Source of the DNA: an uncultured virus (IMG/VR IMGVR_UViG_3300032316_001438)
Taxonomy: Duplodnaviria > Heunggongvirae > Uroviricota > Caudoviricetes
Length of the DNA: 20,000 nucleotides
Strand: one strand, 5' to 3'
IMG/VR virus record: IMGVR_UViG_3300032316_001438
Part shown: in pieces, positions 15,710 through 20,000 of the stretch
How positions within the stretch are numbered: the first letter of the stretch is position 1
How the letters are laid out: each line of letters opens with the position of its first letter
Position numbers and translations under genes: made by a program
Notes under the pieces: generated by a model
Seen by the model: only the letters and a program-made list of their open reading frames with translations
Databases searched by the model: none
What the model was told of the DNA's origin: nothing

Positions 15710-16011
15710 TATTTTTCGTGGGGGAAAGAATCTACAGCGCTAGAAATTTCTTTGAGCGTCTGCTTGGCCGCATCAGTAAGCAAACCCTCCTCATTCATAC
15801 CGGTAAGGTCAGCCTGCGCACAGCGAGCGGCGGTAAGGAGTTTTTTGAATCCTTCTAAAGGGATAACGACAGACCTTTTTGAATTAGAGTAGACTTCAGG
15901 AATCATACTCTCAGCCAACTTCAAAGACGATCCAGAGAAAGAGTGTGTAGTTTCACTGTTTTTTGATGGCTTGTACAAGATCACAACGGGGATGTGAGTA
16001 GTTTCGGACAT
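15706..16011 (-). CDS. Hypothetical protein
   Basis: 101-aa ORF, first gene of the leftward cluster, with an AT-rich leader. Confidence 0.7.
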   Translation of the reverse strand: MSETTHIPVVILYKPSKNSETTHSFSGSSLKLAESMIPEVYSNSKRSVVIPLEGFKKLLTAARCAQADLTGMNEEGLLTDAAKQTLKEISSAVDSFPHEKY

Positions 16012-16418
16012 AGAATTGATTATTTACAATAGATTGATTTCCAAAAGTTACTGAGCCATTTCTCCACCTCTTTTTTAGAGCCAATTATTACAGGGCATGG
16101 CTGACCCAGGTAAGGCACAGCAACCATCTTTGGGAACCCAACGCAAAACCTACTAGGAGTGTCGATTTTTAACATAGTAACCTGATAGTTGAACAAGAGT
16201 ATAGAGCCAACTCACCGACCGTCCGAGTGGACTAGGTGGCCTGGGGATAGTAGGATGGGTAGGTAAATTCCGCGAGGCTAACCATGATAGGGATATGAAC
16301 GCAGTGATAAACATCCTCACTGTCGGCTCGGGATATAAAGCCTTAACGAAACGAGTTCTCCTGCCTGAAGGCGGAAGGGTATGGAAAAGTAGGTTGTACT
16401 TATTATTTTTGAGTAGAA

Positions 16419-17714
16419 ATGATAAAAGAGATACTTTTTTTGATTGCGATGCTCACCATTTCTTTGAGTGGGACAGGGCAGGATGTTGATCAATCTAAGG
16501 TTGACTCATTGGAGAGTTTGATAAAGCTTAAAAGTGGCACTGAAAAATATGATGCCATTTTAGCGCTTATGCGTGTCAAACTGAAATATGATCCTATAGC
16601 CACTTTAGAGTTATCTCATCTGGCGGAAAGAGTTGCATTAAAGATTGGAGATAGCCTTAGAATAGTAAAAGCATGGTTCGCAAGAGGATATGTATATAAA
16701 AATTTAGACTCCTTAAGCCAGTCCATCCGAGTTCTTGAGCAGGGCTTATCAATCGCTAAAAGAAATCATTACAATGAAGAACTGTCAAAGATATTAAACT
16801 CATTAGCGATTGTGCATACAAAAACTGGAAATATCGATAAGGCGCTAGAGATTCACTTTCAATCCATTGGCCTGAACGAACAAGTAGGGAACAAAGAAGA
16901 TTTGGGTATTACCTATAATAATATTGGCGTTTGTTATTTTAAACTAAAAGATTTTGAAAACGCATTGAAATATTATAAAAAATCAATTGAGGTGAAAAAG
17001 GAAATTGCAGATGAATTTGATTTGGGCAGATTACTAGTCAATACGGCACTGTGCTACACTCAGCTAAAGCGCTTTAAAGAAGCAGAAGATAAAATTAATG
17101 AAGCTATAACTAGCTGTAAAAGCGATTGCTCTCTACTAATAATGGAAGCTGAATTAGCCTTAGGGATTGCAGCCTATGGTCAAAAACGAAAAAAAGAAGC
17201 TATTTATCATTTTGAATCATCGCTGGCAATGGCAAGAAAGATGAATGATAAAGACTATCAAGTTGAAAATTTATGGAATTTAGCCTTGGCGTTTTCAGAT
17301 GAGAAAAATACTGATGACGCGTTGCGTTTGGTCAGAGAAGCAGAAAGGATAGCAACAGAGATCAATTTAACAAACTCATTAATTTTGATTTATAAGTTGT
17401 CTTCTAGAATTTATAAATCCAAAAATGATTTACAAAAAGCCTTTTTATACCTATCAAAGTACACTAAAATAAACGACAGTATTTACAGTATCAATTTTAT
17501 AAAAAACATATCCCGAGTTGAAGCCAATTTTGCTCAAGGCGATAAGCTCAAAGAAATCGAAGAAAAAACAAAATTGGCGCAATCACTTCAACGGGTGATC
17601 GATTCGCAAAAAAAGATGATCATGCTTATAGTACTGATAGAATTACTTTCCATTGGTGGGTTAATATATCTGTTTATACAAAACAGAAGACTTACCAGTA
17701 AGATGGTAAGTTAG
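16419..17714 (+). CDS. Tetratricopeptide-repeat protein with signal peptide and C-terminal membrane anchor; no kinase domain
   Basis: Signal peptide ending SGTG-Q; TPRs such as TYNNIGVCYFKLKDFENALKYYKKSIE; DSIYS pre-TM motif; TM MIMLIVLIELLSIGGLIYLFI followed by only 11 residues. Confidence 0.9.
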   Translation: MIKEILFLIAMLTISLSGTGQDVDQSKVDSLESLIKLKSGTEKYDAILALMRVKLKYDPIATLELSHLAERVALKIGDSLRIVKAWFARGYVYKNLDSLSQSIRVLEQGLSIAKRNHYNEELSKILNSLAIVHTKTGNIDKALEIHFQSIGLNEQVGNKEDLGITYNNIGVCYFKLKDFENALKYYKKSIEVKKEIADEFDLGRLLVNTALCYTQLKRFKEAEDKINEAITSCKSDCSLLIMEAELALGIAAYGQKRKKEAIYHFESSLAMARKMNDKDYQVENLWNLALAFSDEKNTDDALRLVREAERIATEINLTNSLILIYKLSSRIYKSKNDLQKAFLYLSKYTKINDSIYSINFIKNISRVEANFAQGDKLKEIEEKTKLAQSLQRVIDSQKKMIMLIVLIELLSIGGLIYLFIQNRRLTSKMVS

Positions 17715-17808
17715 TAGAACCACCCATCTACGTAGTTCACCATAAAGAGGCACTGGAGAAAATACCATTAGTAATTCGATATTTTGTTCAAAGAGATCGT
17801 AAACTGAT

Positions 17809-19797
17809 TTAACTCAAGGTCTTAGGTATCGTAACCTGGAAGATGGTTGGTGATGCTGCTTTATGAACTTCTATTCGAACACCAATTCGCTCGGCAGCCA
17901 GCTTGGCGTGAAACAGTCCTAACCCATTGCCACCGTTTTCGTTAGCGATATAAAATACATCGAATACGAGGTCTTTTAAGGACTCATTTATTCCAAGTCC
18001 GTTATCTTCTATCCTAACAACTATTTCATTTGAAGAACTTAGTATGGAAGTCACAGAGATATAAGGAGCGGAACATTTAGCGTTAAAATAGCGATACGAA
18101 TTATTTATTAGCTGATTGAAAATAAGCTGTAAACAGCTACGGTCACCTATGACTTGGTTTGCTTTTTCTTCGAAAGTAGATGACCATTTAATGGTAGGGA
18201 ATGCACCAAGATGCTTGTTTTCGTTTCTAGCTTTAATAATGATCTGACTAAGTGTTATATCTGTCGGCTCAAGAGGCGCGTTGAGGAGAGTATTAATGGT
18301 GATTAACTGTGTTAAGGTATCGTTCAGCTTTTTAGCCGTGATGGTAATCTTGTCAATGATATCTGTAGTTACCGGATTGGTGACATCAATTTTAGCGATG
18401 TTGGTCAGCCCAAGTAGGGTGGCGAGTGGACCCCGTATGTTATGCGATAGACGGTAAATGAAAGTATCCAAGTCCCTTCTGCTTACAGTCAATTGTTCGT
18501 TGCTTTTTACGAGCTCTTCGGTTCTTTTAGCAACAGTAGTTTCTAATAGCTGAGAGTAGTTATTTTTGATTTTGTACCGTGCGTACACGAAATAAAGAAC
18601 CAGGCCAGTTAATACTAATACAGCAGCTAAAAGATACAAGATGGTAGTTCTATTGCTGATCTCAGAATCCTTTTTGGAAATCACAATGTCTGCGATATCT
18701 TTCTGCTCCTGGATGCTAACCTCCTTGAGGGTTGACACTAGTTCTTCGCGGAAGATACTGTCTTTGAGTGTTTCATAAATCTTTCTTTTTTCGATACTCT
18801 TTTCATAGCGATTAGTTTTCTCATAAATGTCAGCCCAAAGGCCGGCATTGTTTTTTCGTCGCTCCAGCGATTGAGATTGAACAGCGTACTCTTCACTCTC
18901 ATCCAGATAGGAAAGTGCTTTATCATAGTCAGAAGAAACATCCGCAATTTTGGCGAGGTAAAAAGTGATTGTAGATAGCGGCAGAAGTGCACGGATATTT
19001 TTTGCCTGGTCGAAACTTACAAAGAGTTTTGATTCTGATTGAACAAGTTCTCCTTTATTGAAAAGGACTATGCCTAGGTTATAGTTGATGTCTAGCTTCA
19101 TTTTGTCACTGCAGATATCCGGATATTGCGCGCAGATTTTCTCGGCGTCATTGAATAGTGTCACGGTTTGATCTATATTCCCCTTACGACTATAACATAA
19201 ACCTAAATTGATAGTTGAAGCGACCAAAAATTCCTTGCCATCAGGCAACTCAACAAGTTCTATAATGCTTCGCTCCAGATAGGGGATGGCCTCGTTAATT
19301 GCATCAAGCTTGTAGTAGGTGTAGCCAATGTTGCAAAGGCCGATACCTAGGTCAATGGCGCTATTTTGTTTCTTTGCCGAGCCTATCGTTATAAGAAAAT
19401 AATGAAGTGCCGAATCAAGGTTAGATAGTTCCTGATAGGTGACCCCAATCACATTACTAAGGTGGGTTACCCATTCTTCGTTCTGTTGCTCTTTCGCCAG
19501 GGCTAATCCTTTCTTTAGGAAATGAATGGAACTAGACCGATCGTTTTTCTGACCATATATCCAGCCAAGCGCATTATGAAATTTGATGTTTAATAGCGAG
19601 CTCTGGTTAGTAGACTTGATCCCTTTTTGCACTACAAATAGTGCGGAATCAAGATTTACAGTTCTTAAAGCCTTGTATTTTTCATAGTAGAGACTATCTG
19701 ATATCCTCTGACTATAGATGTTGCTTCCCGGTGCTAGCGCAAGGCAAAGAACCGTTAGCCAGCGGAATACTAGAAATATAGCTATTTTTGTACTCAT
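17809..19797 (-). CDS. TPR-containing membrane sensor histidine kinase (TPR-TM-HisKA-HATPase_c)
   Basis: TPR repeats; TM ILYLLAAVLVLTGLVLYFVY; H-box FIYRLSHNIRGPL; N-box IFNQLINNS; G1 EDNGLGI; G2 GNGLGL. First ATG is at 19797 (the ORF track extends to 19815). Confidence 0.93.
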   Translation of the reverse strand: MSTKIAIFLVFRWLTVLCLALAPGSNIYSQRISDSLYYEKYKALRTVNLDSALFVVQKGIKSTNQSSLLNIKFHNALGWIYGQKNDRSSSIHFLKKGLALAKEQQNEEWVTHLSNVIGVTYQELSNLDSALHYFLITIGSAKKQNSAIDLGIGLCNIGYTYYKLDAINEAIPYLERSIIELVELPDGKEFLVASTINLGLCYSRKGNIDQTVTLFNDAEKICAQYPDICSDKMKLDINYNLGIVLFNKGELVQSESKLFVSFDQAKNIRALLPLSTITFYLAKIADVSSDYDKALSYLDESEEYAVQSQSLERRKNNAGLWADIYEKTNRYEKSIEKRKIYETLKDSIFREELVSTLKEVSIQEQKDIADIVISKKDSEISNRTTILYLLAAVLVLTGLVLYFVYARYKIKNNYSQLLETTVAKRTEELVKSNEQLTVSRRDLDTFIYRLSHNIRGPLATLLGLTNIAKIDVTNPVTTDIIDKITITAKKLNDTLTQLITINTLLNAPLEPTDITLSQIIIKARNENKHLGAFPTIKWSSTFEEKANQVIGDRSCLQLIFNQLINNSYRYFNAKCSAPYISVTSILSSSNEIVVRIEDNGLGINESLKDLVFDVFYIANENGGNGLGLFHAKLAAERIGVRIEVHKAASPTIFQVTIPKTLS

Positions 19798-19820
19798 TAT
19801 TAACCAAAAAACCAACTATT

Positions 19821-19949
19821 ATGAAAAGAAAAATTTTAGTACCCGTACTGGCTATCCTTCTGACAGCAGTTTTATTAACATCCTGCACCAAAGAGGAGGT
19901 GAAGCCTAAAGCGGAGGGTGGCGTTGCTGCTGTGAGAGACAAAATATAA
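19821..19949 (+). CDS. 42-aa small lipoprotein/lipopeptide precursor (not in the ORF track)
   Basis: MKRKILVPVLAILLTAVLLTS-CTKEEVKPKAEGGVAAVRDKI*: basic n-region, hydrophobic h-region, lipobox LTSC, AT-rich leader with A at -3. Confidence 0.85.
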   Translation: MKRKILVPVLAILLTAVLLTSCTKEEVKPKAEGGVAAVRDKI

Positions 19950-19990
19950 CCAAATTAATTAATTACAAACAAATCTAAACAACAAAAATT

Positions 19991-20000
19991 ATGAAAAGAA
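19991..20000 (+). CDS. Start of a probable second tandem ORF (MKR...), truncated by the window edge
   Basis: attATGAAAAGAA at 19988-20000 is identical to 19818-19830 and has a similar A/C-rich leader. Confidence 0.55.

Noticed and set aside
16142..16156. Reverse partial match to the origin-1 iteron
   Set aside because: Only 11/15 identity and isolated, compatible with chance.
16100..16350. Possible riboswitch/ncRNA (acgcaaaacc recalls c-di-GMP-I; small CAGTGA/TCACTG stem)
   Set aside because: The GNRA-capped stem and the rest of the GEMM consensus are missing, and the stems are short. An Infernal search would be needed.
18430..18450. Asn instead of Asp/Glu after the phospho-His (SHNIRGPL) as a sign of a pseudokinase
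   Set aside because: As I recall, SHN-type H-boxes are not rare in Bacteroidota kinases, and the ATP-binding motifs are intact.
2036..19942. Short ORFs overlapping longer genes (e.g. 3267-3599, 9445-9795, 14414-14728, 19712-19942, 19718-19909)
   Set aside because: Shadow frames of well-supported CDSs. The last two conflict with the kinase and the 42-aa lipoprotein.

Overview
This window looks like part of a large plasmid, chromid or integrated element from a Bacteroidota host. The evidence is AT-rich, SD-less start contexts, TAnnTTTG promoter elements, a Bacteroidota-like DnaB, and OMP/lipoprotein and TPR-kinase genes. Replicon 1 consists of an RHH-like putative partition protein with upstream GTAAY repeats, an AT-rich tract, six 15-bp iterons, a Rep_3-type initiator and a dnaB helicase. 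Cargo follows: a membrane protein, a decayed 5' copy of rep, an OMP beta-barrel and a 763-aa surface lipoprotein. A probable second replicon has helically phased TGGGAY-N5-AGGAYGG repeats between two divergent XRE regulators, one of which is coupled to a divergent Rep-like gene. A 29-bp element containing this second repeat also occurs inside origin 1, which suggests the two modules are cross-wired. The right end holds a leftward run of small hypothetical genes, a kinase-less TPR receptor, a TPR histidine kinase, and an unannotated 42-aa lipopeptide gene head-to-head with the kinase. A second, apparently similar ORF starts at the window edge, so this may be a peptide-signalling system. All family assignments are by eye, with no database searches run.
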